Assembly (NCBI GenBank): GCA_049975265.1
Contig: JBNGDF010000004.1
Coordinates: 63,872-127,871, forward strand
Reading direction: 5' to 3'
DNA from: Fidelibacterota bacterium
Lineage (GTDB): Bacteria; Fidelibacterota; UBA2242
Length of the DNA: 64,000 nt
The notes beneath the pieces are model-generated. The model saw nothing but the letters and a program-made list of their open reading frames with translations, did no database searches and was not told the origin of the DNA. The translations under genes and the position numbers were made by a program. Shown one piece after another: positions 30,197-40,611 of the stretch. Each line of letters opens with the position of its first letter. The first letter of the stretch is position 1.

Positions 30197-30853
30197 TCAT
30201 TGCTGTAATTGTTTCAGCACCGAATCGGCGGTTGTCACAAAGGCAAATCCGAAGGCAAGATTCAACAGACTGGCGAGATGCATCTCTTCGTTGATACTGC
30301 CGGTGGCATCCGCCAGAAAAAAGACCCGGTAATCCCGGTAATAAGCATCCCGGGCGGTGGATTCGCAGCACATATTCGTCATTATGCCGGATATAATCAG
30401 GTTTTTTATTTGCAGGCAACGCAGGACTGTTTCGAGGTCTGTGTTATAAAAAGCCGAATAGCGGTGCTTGAGAATGACTTTTTCGTCCGGTAAAGGGGCA
30501 ATTTCATCTGAAATTAGACTTTCCGGACTTCCTTCGATACACATTCCCGGCCACCACCATTTCATTATTCCGGCATCTAGATCATTGGGATGATGGACAT
30601 GTTGTGTAAAAATGACCGGCAAGTTCGCTGCCCGGAAAAATTGGATCAGCGTCTTGAGAGTGGGAATAATCGCCGGTCCGCCACAGGTGAATGTGGGCGA
30701 AGCGGGGTCCAGAAAGAAGCGTTGCATATCGATAACCAACAGCGCTGTTCCCTTCCGGTTAAGCTCCATTTTGTGCTGATTGTAAGGTTCAATTTTTTCA
30801 AGCTAAAGTTCAGCTTTTGCGGTCAACGAATCCTGAGTAACATAAGATTGCAT
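30197..30853 (-). pseudogene. Isochorismatase-family cysteine hydrolase with in-frame TAG near the N-terminus
   Basis: LLVIDMQ, KHRYSAF, TNMCCESTARDA; GGAGG RBS then ATG 30853, TAG at 30805-30803; ATG 30769 could restart. Confidence 0.7.
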
Positions 30854-30927
30854 AGCCACTGGAATCCTCCCCTTAGATTTGTTTGATTTCAATGTTTTAA
30901 ATCCAATTTTAAGCTATTAATTCGTTT

Positions 30928-31197
30928 TTATGCTTTTTTCCGTGAGCGGATCAGGTGCCGGATTGCCAATACCGGATGGTGCCAGATCATACGCGGTCCG
31001 GCATAGCGCATGACCGCCCTGATTTTGTCTCGGTACACCGGTTTATAGCAGTGAACGGGACAGTTGCTGCAGGCAGGCTTGTCCTCTCCGAAGGGGCATT
31101 CCTGCAGACGCTGGTCGGAGTAAACGAGCAGCTCCTGACAATCCCGGCAGATTCCACACTCCGGATGATGTTTCGCCCGGCAATACAGCCGGATCAT
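30928..31197 (-). CDS. YgbA / nitrous-oxide-stimulated promoter family protein
   Basis: MIRLYC, CP...KPACSNCPVHCY, VMRYAGPRMIWHHP. Confidence 0.85.
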   Translation of the reverse strand: MIRLYCRAKHHPECGICRDCQELLVYSDQRLQECPFGEDKPACSNCPVHCYKPVYRDKIRAVMRYAGPRMIWHHPVLAIRHLIRSRKKA

Positions 31198-32222
31198 GAT
31201 ATTTTTGGTGCGGATTTCCCTGGCGAGCTGCTTAATTCAGCGAGGTAGCGTATGGAGGCTTGAATAAACTGAAAGCGTTCGAAGGTTTCAGGTTTTTGGG
31301 ATTTTTTCTGGTTCAGTAAGCCCCGAAATTGAGCAATCGAGTCGAATTGGTGGTGGTTCATCCATTCAGTCAACTCTTGTAAAATTTTTGAGATGACTTC
31401 GATACCGTCGCAATACAGGACAGAGCAGAGCTGCACCGCCGTAGCTCCGGCGAGGAGTTGTTTAATCACGTCGGCGCCGGAATGATTGCCCGTTGATGCC
31501 ACCAGGTCGCATTTTAAATTGTCCGACAAAAGCGCTATCCAGCGCAGGGCGGTATATTTTTCGTTGGGCTGACTGAAGGGCGGTCCGCTGGTGGGTTCCA
31601 GTGTTTCGATGTTAATGTCAAAGGGTGTAAAACGGTTGAACAACACCAGCCCATTGATGCCGAGCCGGTCAAGAGACACCGCAAAATCGAACAGATTGGT
31701 GAAATGCGGTGACAGTTTCAGAGCGATCGGCAGCGCTATTTTTTCCTGCAATAACTGCACGGTGTGGTGGTATGTCTTTTCAATTTCAGCGGTGCCGGTG
31801 TCTCTTTTTACGGGAAATATATGCATATTGAGTTCGATGGCATCGGCACCGGCGGCTTCAATCTGCCTGGCGAATTCGATCCAGTAGCGGTCGGAATAAC
31901 AGTGGATACTGGCAATTACCGGAATGGTAATGGCTTTTTTTGCTTCTGTAATCAAATTCAGATATTCCCGCGGTCCGTAATCGATGTTCAGGTGCTCAAT
32001 CATGTCGTAAATTTCGGGATGCCACGGAAATATCATGTTTTGACGGGTCTGCTCGTAGCGGGCATGAATCTGCTCCTCAAACAGTGATTTCAGGACTACG
32101 GCTCCTGCGCCCTTTTCTTCACAATGCCGGATATCCTGCAGCGATTGAGTAATGCTACTGCTGCCGACGATTAGCGGATTTTGAAGCGTTAGTCCCAAAT
32201 ATGATGTTGTCAAGTCTGCCAT
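31194..32222 (-). CDS. Dihydroorotate dehydrogenase-like flavoprotein
   Basis: Start MADLTTSYLGL.L.NP at 32222; VVLKSLFEEQI, DAIELN, KLSP, VLFNRF, LLAGATAVQ. Confidence 0.85.
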   Translation of the reverse strand: MADLTTSYLGLTLQNPLIVGSSSITQSLQDIRHCEEKGAGAVVLKSLFEEQIHARYEQTRQNMIFPWHPEIYDMIEHLNIDYGPREYLNLITEAKKAITIPVIASIHCYSDRYWIEFARQIEAAGADAIELNMHIFPVKRDTGTAEIEKTYHHTVQLLQEKIALPIALKLSPHFTNLFDFAVSLDRLGINGLVLFNRFTPFDINIETLEPTSGPPFSQPNEKYTALRWIALLSDNLKCDLVASTGNHSGADVIKQLLAGATAVQLCSVLYCDGIEVISKILQELTEWMNHHQFDSIAQFRGLLNQKKSQKPETFERFQFIQASIRYLAELSSSPGKSAPKIS

Positions 32223-32352
32223 TTTTCGATCCCCTTTACTGTATTGGAATATACATAAGATTACATAAATCCTACATGAAATGCAAAGAACTAAACATTC
32301 CGGAGGTGTCATGTAAATGCAGATACCGCCGGTTCCGGGAAATTGGTCCTGT

Positions 32353-32820
32353 TCAGAGGTTGCTTAGAATGCCACTCAGAATCAGAACGCCGATCCCCAG
32401 AATCAGATTGACATACACCGGAATCGGTCGCAGGCTGTTTGGGATTTTTTCGGGCGGTTTTTGCCACGATTTACGGAGCATTATCTGGCGCCGGATAGCG
32501 ATCAACACCATCAGAAAATAGAAGATATGCTTGATACTTAACAGGGTTCCGTAACGATTGGAAAAATCAAACAAGCGGGTGACCTGTCTGGATGCGCGGG
32601 TCATCAGCATGCCGGTTATCATCAGGATAATGATGGCAGGCAATACCCACCGCGTAAGCCGTTGCTGCAGCTGTTTCAGGAAATCCTGTCTGCCGAGTGG
32701 ATCACCGATCCGATTCGCCAGGGGAAAGACCAAAAAACACAGTGTGAACAGCCCGCCCAGCCAAATGATGGTGGCGACGTTGTGCAAAGCGCGAATCAGT
32801 CCGGGAATAAGGGGATTCAT
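32353..32820 (-). CDS. Four-TM membrane protein (CopD/DUF4149-like)
   Basis: LHNVA..IWLGG, TG, YG.LL.IKH. Confidence 0.6.
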   Translation of the reverse strand: MNPLIPGLIRALHNVATIIWLGGLFTLCFLVFPLANRIGDPLGRQDFLKQLQQRLTRWVLPAIIILMITGMLMTRASRQVTRLFDFSNRYGTLLSIKHIFYFLMVLIAIRRQIMLRKSWQKPPEKIPNSLRPIPVYVNLILGIGVLILSGILSNL

Positions 32821-32925
32821 AAGCAACCTCCTGAGTTATAATTTCAGCCAGAAGGGGAATAAACATGTATTTCATTCCGTAAATTTTCTGAATTAATCTG
32901 AATATTCCCTGTGAAGATATGGTCA

Positions 32926-34168
32926 TCAGAAACTGTATTTTACTTTGAAATAGAACATGTCGTTTTGGTCAAATTGCCCGAACCGCCCACCAGAGCCGGT
33001 GAATAGGTTGGCGCCGGTCAACACCTGAAAACCGTCTGTCAGGTCATAGCTGATTTTGGGGCGGATCAGCGCATCTTCATTATTGAGACCGATGTAAGAA
33101 AAGAGTTCCAGCTTCAGCGTCTCCCGCAAAAAGGTCCGGCTGATGAGCAGGGTGGCGGTATTTTCGAATTCGTCATTCACCATTTGCTCGTCATAATCCG
33201 TAATCGTCTGCTGGACAAACTGGGAACTGACGCGGGTTTCGCCAATCGTAAAATCAAGACCTATAAGATAATGGAGATAGTCTTTTTCAACCACTCCATC
33301 AGTCGTGACCGGAGCAGCGGTCTGGAAGTATTTTCCGGCGTAGTAAGCGCTTTCGCCCCGCAACATAAAGGGTCCCAATGTGGTACTGAAGCTGCCGCCG
33401 CCGATGGTCAGCCGGTGATGACAGGGTATCACGGTGATAGATGACAACTGCATCGTTCCGGGATCAATGGTTTTCTGGATGTGGAGCGTCGGATCATCGT
33501 CCCAGGCGTAGCCCACCATTATTTCAAAATCCACAACAGAGGTCATTGCGGCAAATTTTGCATAATATTCGCTGTTTTTCCAGATTGGGCTCGATGGATT
33601 TTCGGGAGTCGTCAAATGTCGGTTGAATGGGAAATTCGGGCATACTGAACCAGATGGAATTTTCGTCCGGCATAATTGTCGGTGAAAAAGCCGGAATCCA
33701 GACTGCTTCAAGGGTGTGATTCCCGATATAATAATCAGCTTTCAGGGCTGTGACGCCAATCCGAATTTCATCAAAATCGGGCAACAGAAATTCACTGAGG
33801 TTTTTCGGCGAGACGATATCGGTGATGAACATTCCGTCAGCTTTGCCCCAGATGATTTGCTGCTGACCCACCCGGATATCCATTTTATCGAAAAACAGGT
33901 CGAGATACAGCTCCCGCAAGCCGATTTCCAGCTCCGTGCCGGGATATTGATAAACATAGGGATTGGCGACAAAAGCTACCTGATTACGGCTGTGCTCAAA
34001 TTTCAGGTTGAATGTATTTTGCAGAATCGAAAATTCATTTTTACCATGCAGCAACATACCGGTATAATTACGGGCGTATCCACTCAGATATACCGATTCG
34101 GCATTGCTGCTGAAAACCATGCTTGTGATAATGACCCAGAACGCTGCCGCTTTAAGCACTGTTTTCAT
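32926..34168 (-). pseudogene. DUF1302-like outer-membrane beta-barrel protein split by a frameshift
   Basis: ORF 33524-34168 has the signal peptide and GQQQIIWGKADG; ORF 32926-33711 ends FKVKYSF; removing one base from the A5 run at 33575-33579 joins EPNLE to NSEYYAKF. Confidence 0.75.
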
Positions 34169-34169
34169 T

Positions 34170-34946
34170 TTAAAGTCCCCTTCGCATCATTCGTTCGGTA
34201 AACTGGGTATCGGAAATTCCGCTATCAATCACGAGATTGCTGAGTTTGATGCGAGTCAGATGGTCTTTTTGTACGTTGTGCATTTCGGTATTCAGAATGA
34301 TCCAGTAACCGGAGATATTCTGATATTCCTTGACGGTTAAAATTTTCAGGAGTTCTTCGTCCTCGTCATAAAATTCTTTCTTCAGGCTGATCCATTTGTC
34401 TTTGATCACCCAGGTGACGGTTCGTGAATACATGTAGTTTTCATCTACCGGAATACTCTCGACAACGAAACACTCCTCGCCGTTGATGGTTTCCTCGGTG
34501 ATGATGCGATGGGTATCTTCTGACGGATGACGCTCCCCGAGATCGTCGTAAGTGAAATCCGAACCCATAAAGTAATCACTTTTACTGTCGCTGGAAATGC
34601 GTTTGATTTTCTGGAGCGCCAGCAGGTAAATCCACTGATCATCGTCCCTGGATTCATCGTCATAACTCCAGTTCATGAAAGTGGTGTTGCGCACATCAGC
34701 GGGAGATTTGAAAAACATGATTTTTTTATCCATATCGCTGTAGGTTTTCAAATACTGCATGATTTGGCGGGTGCGCTCTTCACCCCGTGAGTTGATCAGC
34801 GACATCTGCAACTCCGCCTGCTGATCCCGGGGGGTCGGGCGCCGGTAGACATTTTCAATAATCTGCAAAGCGCCGGGAGTTCCCTGGGCTAAGAGGAGTT
34901 TGGCAGATAACAGCCCAATGAGTAGTAAAGTAGTTTTTGTTTTCAT
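34170..34946 (-). CDS. Outer-membrane lipoprotein-sorting (LolA-like) protein
   Basis: F.SPADVR, DDQWIYL, FMGSDFTYDD. Confidence 0.85.
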   Translation of the reverse strand: MKTKTTLLLIGLLSAKLLLAQGTPGALQIIENVYRRPTPRDQQAELQMSLINSRGEERTRQIMQYLKTYSDMDKKIMFFKSPADVRNTTFMNWSYDDESRDDDQWIYLLALQKIKRISSDSKSDYFMGSDFTYDDLGERHPSEDTHRIITEETINGEECFVVESIPVDENYMYSRTVTWVIKDKWISLKKEFYDEDEELLKILTVKEYQNISGYWIILNTEMHNVQKDHLTRIKLSNLVIDSGISDTQFTERMMRRGL

Positions 34947-37240
34947 TTTAATTCCTTTCCGGTTTTAAAATAAAGATTAGATTTAGCCAATATCAGCAGC
35001 ATGATCGTCAGTGTTCCGAGAAAACTGGTAAACATATTCAGGGAAACGAGCGCGCCCAGCTGCCGGTTGGGAGGAAATACCGAGAAAAGTAAAACGAGGA
35101 ATCCGGCAATGACGACCATGGCATTAAACGCGATTGCCCTGCCACTGTGCTGCATGGTCAGCCGTATGGTGGTGGTCTTATCGCCGGTTTCAGCGGCGTA
35201 AATGCGAAAGCGTTCGATGAAATGCACGGCGTAATCAATGCCAATACCCATCGCAATGCTCGACAGTAAAGCCGTTGTTGTACTGAGCGGAATGTTCAAT
35301 AAACCCATAATACCGAAACTAATTAGAGCCGTTAGAATGATGGGAATAGAACCGATTAGACCAACCCAGACTTTTCTAAACATGACGGACAGGAGGATGA
35401 TGATAATAAAAAGCGATATCACCAGACTTTTGATTTGACCTTCCAAAATCAGATCGGTAAACACCAGGGCTTTATACCCGGAACCGGCATAGTTCAGTTT
35501 CAGATTCAGCGCTTCAAAATCCGGACGGTGATTTTCAATTCGGGCAAGCACCTCCTTGATGACCCTGGAGTTGTCGCTTTTAATCTGGAATGTCAGATTT
35601 GCCTTTGTATAATGATAATCCACCACTTTCCAGAGATTATCCGGGTCGCCGGACATTTCATACAGCAACAGGTACTGAGCAATCAGTTCCTTTGAGTCAG
35701 GAATTATATTATAGTCATCGTCATCGGAATGCATGACTTTGTTCATACGTTGCAGATAATCTGCCAGTGTAAAGGAATTGCCCACCATACTCAGCGTTTC
35801 CACATCGCTCTGCAAGCGACTGACGGCTTTCAGTGCGTCCGGCTGTTTCAGCCTGTTTGGGTCGTCGGATTCGATAATTACATTAAGCGTGCTGGTGCCG
35901 CCAAAATGTTCATTGATGAATTGATCGGTCAGAACAATATCACTATCTTTTTCAAATTTTTCCAGGAAACTGGAATTGATCCAGATTTGACCAATGCCAA
36001 ACAGTGCAATCACAATGATAATTGCAGTCAGCACAGGGGTCAGAATCTTATAGCGGACGATGGCATCTGCCAGTCGAAATGAAGTCGGTGATTTTGCGGA
36101 TTGTTTTGATATTTTTACAGGTTTGCGACGCGGCATACCAAACACCAGGATTCCCGACGGGATCAGAACCAGTGAAAAACCCATAGCCAGCATGACCCCG
36201 AAAGCCGTGAAAATCCCAAAATATTTGATAGGATACACTTCGGAAGTAAGCAATGATGAAAATCCCACTGCCGTTGTCACGGAGGTCATCAATACTGGTT
36301 TCCACATGCTTTTCAACATATTGGTAACAGCCTCTCCTTTGTCGGCATTTGGATTTTCCCGTCGATAGAGGTCCAGATGGCTGTAAAGATGGATGCCGTA
36401 AGCCACACCGATAGCGATCAGCATGACCGGGATCATGGTGGAGACTGCGTAAATTGGAATACCGACCATTGCCATCAGTCCGAAGGTCCAGACGGTGCTG
36501 AGCAGGACGACCAGGAGCGTGAATATGGTATTTCTAAAACTGCGCAAAACAATCAACAGAACCAGAGTGATGATGACAATCACGATCGGTACCATTTTTT
36601 TCATATCTTGCGGACCAAGGTAAGCCATTGTGCCTTCGACAATCGGGGTTCCCGCCACATAGAGTTTTTCCGGTCCTTCAAAGGATTCCACAAGTTTCAG
36701 GATATTCCGGTAGAATTGCTGTGAAAAAACATCGTCATCGATACTGGCAACAATGATTGAGACCGTTTCGTCATCCGAGACAATGCGCCCGAATACCATT
36801 TCATTATGCCGGACGTTTTTACGCAGATCCGCGAGTTTTTCCGGCGAATTTGGGCTGCGTTTATAAAAGGATTTGACGTCCATTCCTCCTTCGGTTCCGA
36901 TGATATTGTCAACGGTATATAGGGAAGTCACATCATTCTTGTTGATTTCAGGCATCTTACCCAGTTCACGGGTCAAATTTTTTATTTTATCCAGGGTGGC
37001 TGTATTATAGATACCGTCCGGATTTTCAATGGCGATGATGATGCCGTTCCGGATATTGAAAATATCTTCGGCAAGATTGCTGTAAACGAAGGCAGGATGC
37101 GTCTGGGGCATATATTTGTCAAGATCCGTTTCCATACGGGAGTGGAGTTTCATCATTCGAAAAAAGAAAAGGCTGATCAGTGCCATAATCACAAGATTCA
37201 GCGCGGGATATTTCAGGAAAGAAAAGGGTTTTGATTTCAC
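34943..37240 (-). CDS. RND/MMPL family transporter
   Basis: Two repeats of TM plus periplasmic domain; AIGVAYGIH, GIGIDYAVH. Confidence 0.9.
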   Translation of the reverse strand: MKSKPFSFLKYPALNLVIMALISLFFFRMMKLHSRMETDLDKYMPQTHPAFVYSNLAEDIFNIRNGIIIAIENPDGIYNTATLDKIKNLTRELGKMPEINKNDVTSLYTVDNIIGTEGGMDVKSFYKRSPNSPEKLADLRKNVRHNEMVFGRIVSDDETVSIIVASIDDDVFSQQFYRNILKLVESFEGPEKLYVAGTPIVEGTMAYLGPQDMKKMVPIVIVIITLVLLIVLRSFRNTIFTLLVVLLSTVWTFGLMAMVGIPIYAVSTMIPVMLIAIGVAYGIHLYSHLDLYRRENPNADKGEAVTNMLKSMWKPVLMTSVTTAVGFSSLLTSEVYPIKYFGIFTAFGVMLAMGFSLVLIPSGILVFGMPRRKPVKISKQSAKSPTSFRLADAIVRYKILTPVLTAIIIVIALFGIGQIWINSSFLEKFEKDSDIVLTDQFINEHFGGTSTLNVIIESDDPNRLKQPDALKAVSRLQSDVETLSMVGNSFTLADYLQRMNKVMHSDDDDYNIIPDSKELIAQYLLLYEMSGDPDNLWKVVDYHYTKANLTFQIKSDNSRVIKEVLARIENHRPDFEALNLKLNYAGSGYKALVFTDLILEGQIKSLVISLFIIIILLSVMFRKVWVGLIGSIPIILTALISFGIMGLLNIPLSTTTALLSSIAMGIGIDYAVHFIERFRIYAAETGDKTTTIRLTMQHSGRAIAFNAMVVIAGFLVLLFSVFPPNRQLGALVSLNMFTSFLGTLTIMLLILAKSNLYFKTGKELK

Positions 37241-37249
37241 TTTTACCTC

Positions 37250-37269
37250 ATATGAAAATGTTTACTTAC
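37250..37269. promoter_or_regulatory. Candidate TetR operator (half-conserved) upstream of the RND gene
   Basis: Shares TGTTTACTTAC with the palindrome at 37913-37932. Confidence 0.45.
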
Positions 37270-37314
37270 TGTGTTTTCGTTATTATATACAAATGATTGA
37301 TATTTATGGATGAG

Positions 37315-37899
37315 TTATGGATTCACCAGGATTTTATTGACTGTCTGCCAGAATTGTTCGCCGGTCTGCAGTAAATCCCCGGCATGACCGGAAAGACGCC
37401 AGCGATTGATAGTCAGCCGCATTCCGCCCATGATGAGGATTGCCAGCTGCCGGGCGGGGATATCGTTACGGATTTCACCGCTATCCTGACCGGTTTGCAG
37501 AATCTGCTCAAAGGTGTTCAGGTTGTCGTTCATGATACCGAATACTGTATCGGACAGCAGCTTATGATTTTGAAATATCTCTTCGGAAAAAATAACGGCT
37601 GCGATGGCAGGATTTTCGATAAATGTGGCTATCATCCCACTAATGATTTTATGAAGATTCTCAATCGCCGGTTTGCCCTGTTTGATGGCTGGAAAATTGG
37701 CATTGACCTTGGTTTGAAAAAGGTCCAGGATGCCGTTTAAAATGTCGAGTTTTGTACTGAAATGCCGGTAGATTGCGCCTTCGGTGACATTGATTTTTTT
37801 GGACAGGTTCTTTATTGTCAGGAATTGAATACCATTTTCGGCGATGATGGCGATAGCGGCTTCAATGATTTCCAGTTGGCGTGGTGAGAAATTTGGCAT
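37315..37899 (-). CDS. TetR/AcrR family regulator
   Basis: RQLEII.AA..II...G....TIKNLS...VTEGAIYRHF; ATG 37899. Confidence 0.9.
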   Translation of the reverse strand: MPNFSPRQLEIIEAAIAIIAENGIQFLTIKNLSKKINVTEGAIYRHFSTKLDILNGILDLFQTKVNANFPAIKQGKPAIENLHKIISGMIATFIENPAIAAVIFSEEIFQNHKLLSDTVFGIMNDNLNTFEQILQTGQDSGEIRNDIPARQLAILIMGGMRLTINRWRLSGHAGDLLQTGEQFWQTVNKILVNP

Positions 37900-37913
37900 A
37901 TTCAAGAGTCTCC

Positions 37914-37931
37914 TAAGTAAGTGTTTACTTA
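37914..37931. promoter_or_regulatory. Candidate TetR autoregulatory operator
   Basis: TAAGTAA-gtgt-TTACTTA perfect 7-bp inverted repeat just upstream of the RBS. Confidence 0.6.
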
Positions 37932-38082
37932 CATTCATGTTTAATCAATTCAGAGAAGCAATGCAAGGAATTACTACAAAGGTTTAATATCGAAAGCCGG
38001 GCTCTTGTGAAAATGCATGTACAGGTTAACTCTTCGGGTTAAATGCATTTTATATTCTGACGCTTTTCGGTTTAACGTCTGT

Positions 38083-39285
38083 CTAATTCTTCGCAAGAAT
38101 ATCATCAACGCATTGCTGTCCGAAGGCAAAACATTTTTCCAGCGCCGGTTTATCCGGTTTCCAAAGAATCCGCAATCCGTCATTGAGCAGGGTAAACCCG
38201 GATTCCTGCATTAGACTGGAGAGCACTTTGACCGATTCGCCGCTCCAGCCGTATGACCCAAAGGCGGCGGCTTTTTTCCCTTTGAAATTCAGACCCTTGA
38301 TCTCTTCCATAATACCGGCGACCGAGGTCAGGATGCCCTTGAGAACAGTTGGTGAACCCACCAGGATCGCTTTGGATTTGAATACTTCGGTGATGATATC
38401 ATTTTTATCATGCTTGGCGGTATTAAACAGTTTGACGTTGACCTCACTATCTGCAGCGACGATTCCTTTAGCGATCTGTTCCGCCATAATGCGGGTCGCA
38501 TTCCACATGGTGTCATAGAGAATGGTGATCTGGTTTTCCCGATAATCCTCTGCCCATTGCATGTATTTCTGGATAATCTGTGCCGGATTGTCCCGCCAAA
38601 TAACACCGTGACTCGTGCAGATCATATCGAGCGGTAGCTTAAGACTCAGAAACTGCTCGATTTTCTTCGTCACAAAATGGCTGAAAGGGGTCAGAATATT
38701 GGCATAGTATTTAATACATTCGGTAAAGAGCTCCTCCTGGTCCACCAGATCATTAAACAGATATTCGGAGGCATAATGCTGTCCGAAAGCGTCATTACTG
38801 AAGAGAATATTATCCACCGTCAGATACTCAAACATGCTATCCGGCCAGTGCAGCATCGGTGCTTCGATAAAGACCAGCTGTTTGCCGTTGCCAAGATCGA
38901 GGGTATCGCCGGTTTTAACGACTTTGAAATTCCAGTTCTGATGAAAATGTCCGGTCAGCGATTTAGCGCCGTTGGCAGTACAGATGATCGGTGTTTCGGG
39001 GATCAAACGCATCAGTTCGGGGAGTGCACCGCTGTGATCGATTTCAGCGTGGTTGGCGATGACATAATCGATTTTCGTCAAATCAACCTCCTGTTGCAGA
39101 TTGGCAATGAACTCTTTGGCAAAGGGCGCCCAGACTGTGTCGATGAGGACGGTTTTCTCTTCCTCGATCAGGTAGGAGTTATAAGTTGAACCCTTGTGAG
39201 TAGAGTATTCATTGCCGTGGAATTTGTTCAGTTCCCAGTCAATCTTACCGATCCAAGCGACATTTGATTTAATTGGTTTACGCAT
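38083..39285 (-). CDS. fprA: Flavodiiron protein (FprA / type A flavoprotein; NO/O2 reductase)
   Basis: NHAEIDHSG, LHWPDSM, SNDAFGQH, SHG, flavodoxin AFGSYGWSGE. Confidence 0.92.
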   Translation of the reverse strand: MRKPIKSNVAWIGKIDWELNKFHGNEYSTHKGSTYNSYLIEEEKTVLIDTVWAPFAKEFIANLQQEVDLTKIDYVIANHAEIDHSGALPELMRLIPETPIICTANGAKSLTGHFHQNWNFKVVKTGDTLDLGNGKQLVFIEAPMLHWPDSMFEYLTVDNILFSNDAFGQHYASEYLFNDLVDQEELFTECIKYYANILTPFSHFVTKKIEQFLSLKLPLDMICTSHGVIWRDNPAQIIQKYMQWAEDYRENQITILYDTMWNATRIMAEQIAKGIVAADSEVNVKLFNTAKHDKNDIITEVFKSKAILVGSPTVLKGILTSVAGIMEEIKGLNFKGKKAAAFGSYGWSGESVKVLSSLMQESGFTLLNDGLRILWKPDKPALEKCFAFGQQCVDDILAKN

Positions 39286-39318
39286 TGGAAACCTCCCTGG
39301 ATTTATAATGTTTTCTTT

Positions 39319-39504
39319 TTATTCGTGAGATATAGCAGTGGTTGGACATTGGCTCTCCGCTTCGAGAACATCTTCCTTCAAATCATCCGGGACCGTCTCA
39401 ACGGTGACAATAGCGATATCACCATTCATTTCGAAAACACCCGGGCAGATTCCCTCGCATACGCCACAACCGATACAGAGATCTTTGTCAATGATTGCTT
39501 TCAT
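39319..39504 (-). CDS. Single-cluster ferredoxin
   Basis: CIGCGVCEGICP...CPTTAI. Confidence 0.88.
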   Translation of the reverse strand: MKAIIDKDLCIGCGVCEGICPGVFEMNGDIAIVTVETVPDDLKEDVLEAESQCPTTAISHE

Positions 39505-39513
39505 TTCTTCCTC

Positions 39514-39825
39514 CTATTTAATCATGGTTAGTAGCATTTTCACCGGACTGAGGGCGGTCAATGCATGTGGATCGTTGGCTGGCATGATGATGAACTCGCC
39601 GGATTTAACTATATAGGGTTTTCCGGAGATGCTGATTTCCATTTCACCATCCAGAATTTGTACCAGTGCATCGAAAGGTGCCGAATGCTCGCTGAGTCCT
39701 TGACCATTGTCGAAGGCAAACAGGGTCACGGTACCGGTCTCTTTTCGGATTATTTCCCGGCTAATGACGGCATTTTTCTGGATCGGGAGTTCGTTTTTCA
39801 GCTGTCTGTGATGTATCTCTTTCAT
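39514..39825 (-). CDS. Cupin domain protein
   Basis: FAFD.GQGLSEHSAP, MPAN.PH. Confidence 0.88.
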   Translation of the reverse strand: MKEIHHRQLKNELPIQKNAVISREIIRKETGTVTLFAFDNGQGLSEHSAPFDALVQILDGEMEISISGKPYIVKSGEFIIMPANDPHALTALSPVKMLLTMIK

Positions 39826-39891
39826 AGAATTCCCCTTTTTTTTGATATTGTCTTTTACAGATGAATATGAACTGATTTTTAGATATAACCT

Positions 39892-40467
39892 TTACAATAG
39901 TTTCTTGACCGCTTGCCACAGCTCCATTCCATTGTCATAGATATCAAAAGAAAAGTTACTGAAACACCAGCGGTCCACCAGCAGTCGCATGGAGCCGATG
40001 ACGATGTGAAAGAGATGCTCGCAGCCGATATCGGTGCGGATGTGACCATCTATCTGACCACTCTCAATAATGGCAAGTAAAATATCACGATGCTGATGCA
40101 TGATATGCATGATCTTCCGGGAGAGCTGCGGATCGTACTGAAACGCCTCTTCGGAGAACATTACCTTGGTTAGTTCCGGATGATCGGCAAAAAAGTGATA
40201 ACGGTTTTGAAAGAAAATATCCATGCGGGCAATCGGATCCTCGGCGGAATTTTCGATGGTTTCACAGACCTCCAGGGAATAATGGTCGAAATAGTCCATA
40301 ATCGCGTAAATGATATCTGCTTTGCTGGCGAAATGCCGGTAGATAGCCGGTTCGGACACTCCGATTTCCCGGGCGATATTCTTGATTGTCATGGTTTGAA
40401 TCCCGTGGTGGGCAATCAGTTTGATGGAGGTATTGATGATCTGTTGTTGTCGCTCGGTTAGTTCCAT
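39892..40467 (-). CDS. TetR/AcrR family regulator (paralog of 37315-37899)
   Basis: TIKNIAREIGVSEPAIYRHF, FSEE.FQ. Confidence 0.9.
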   Translation of the reverse strand: MELTERQQQIINTSIKLIAHHGIQTMTIKNIAREIGVSEPAIYRHFASKADIIYAIMDYFDHYSLEVCETIENSAEDPIARMDIFFQNRYHFFADHPELTKVMFSEEAFQYDPQLSRKIMHIMHQHRDILLAIIESGQIDGHIRTDIGCEHLFHIVIGSMRLLVDRWCFSNFSFDIYDNGMELWQAVKKLL

Positions 40468-40476
40468 TTAACCTTT

Positions 40477-40528
40477 GTTAGTTAATATTCACTAACTCAA
40501 ATATACGCAAAAAAATCGCGGATTGCAA
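40477..40528 (-). promoter_or_regulatory. Sigma70-type promoter followed by a palindromic operator
   Basis: TTGCAA-17-TATATT (40528-40500), then near-perfect palindrome GTTAGTTAATATTCACTAAC (40477-40496). Confidence 0.65.
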
Positions 40529-40611
40529 GCGGTTTTTATAGAAAACGTGTAACTCCTCTTAAAAGAAACACCTCGTAGTATATCCACGAATCGTGATATG
40601 AAACAATGACG

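Noticed and set aside
33575..33579. Phase variation at the DUF1302-like frameshift
   Set aside because: A five-base run is too short; mutation or sequencing error is more likely
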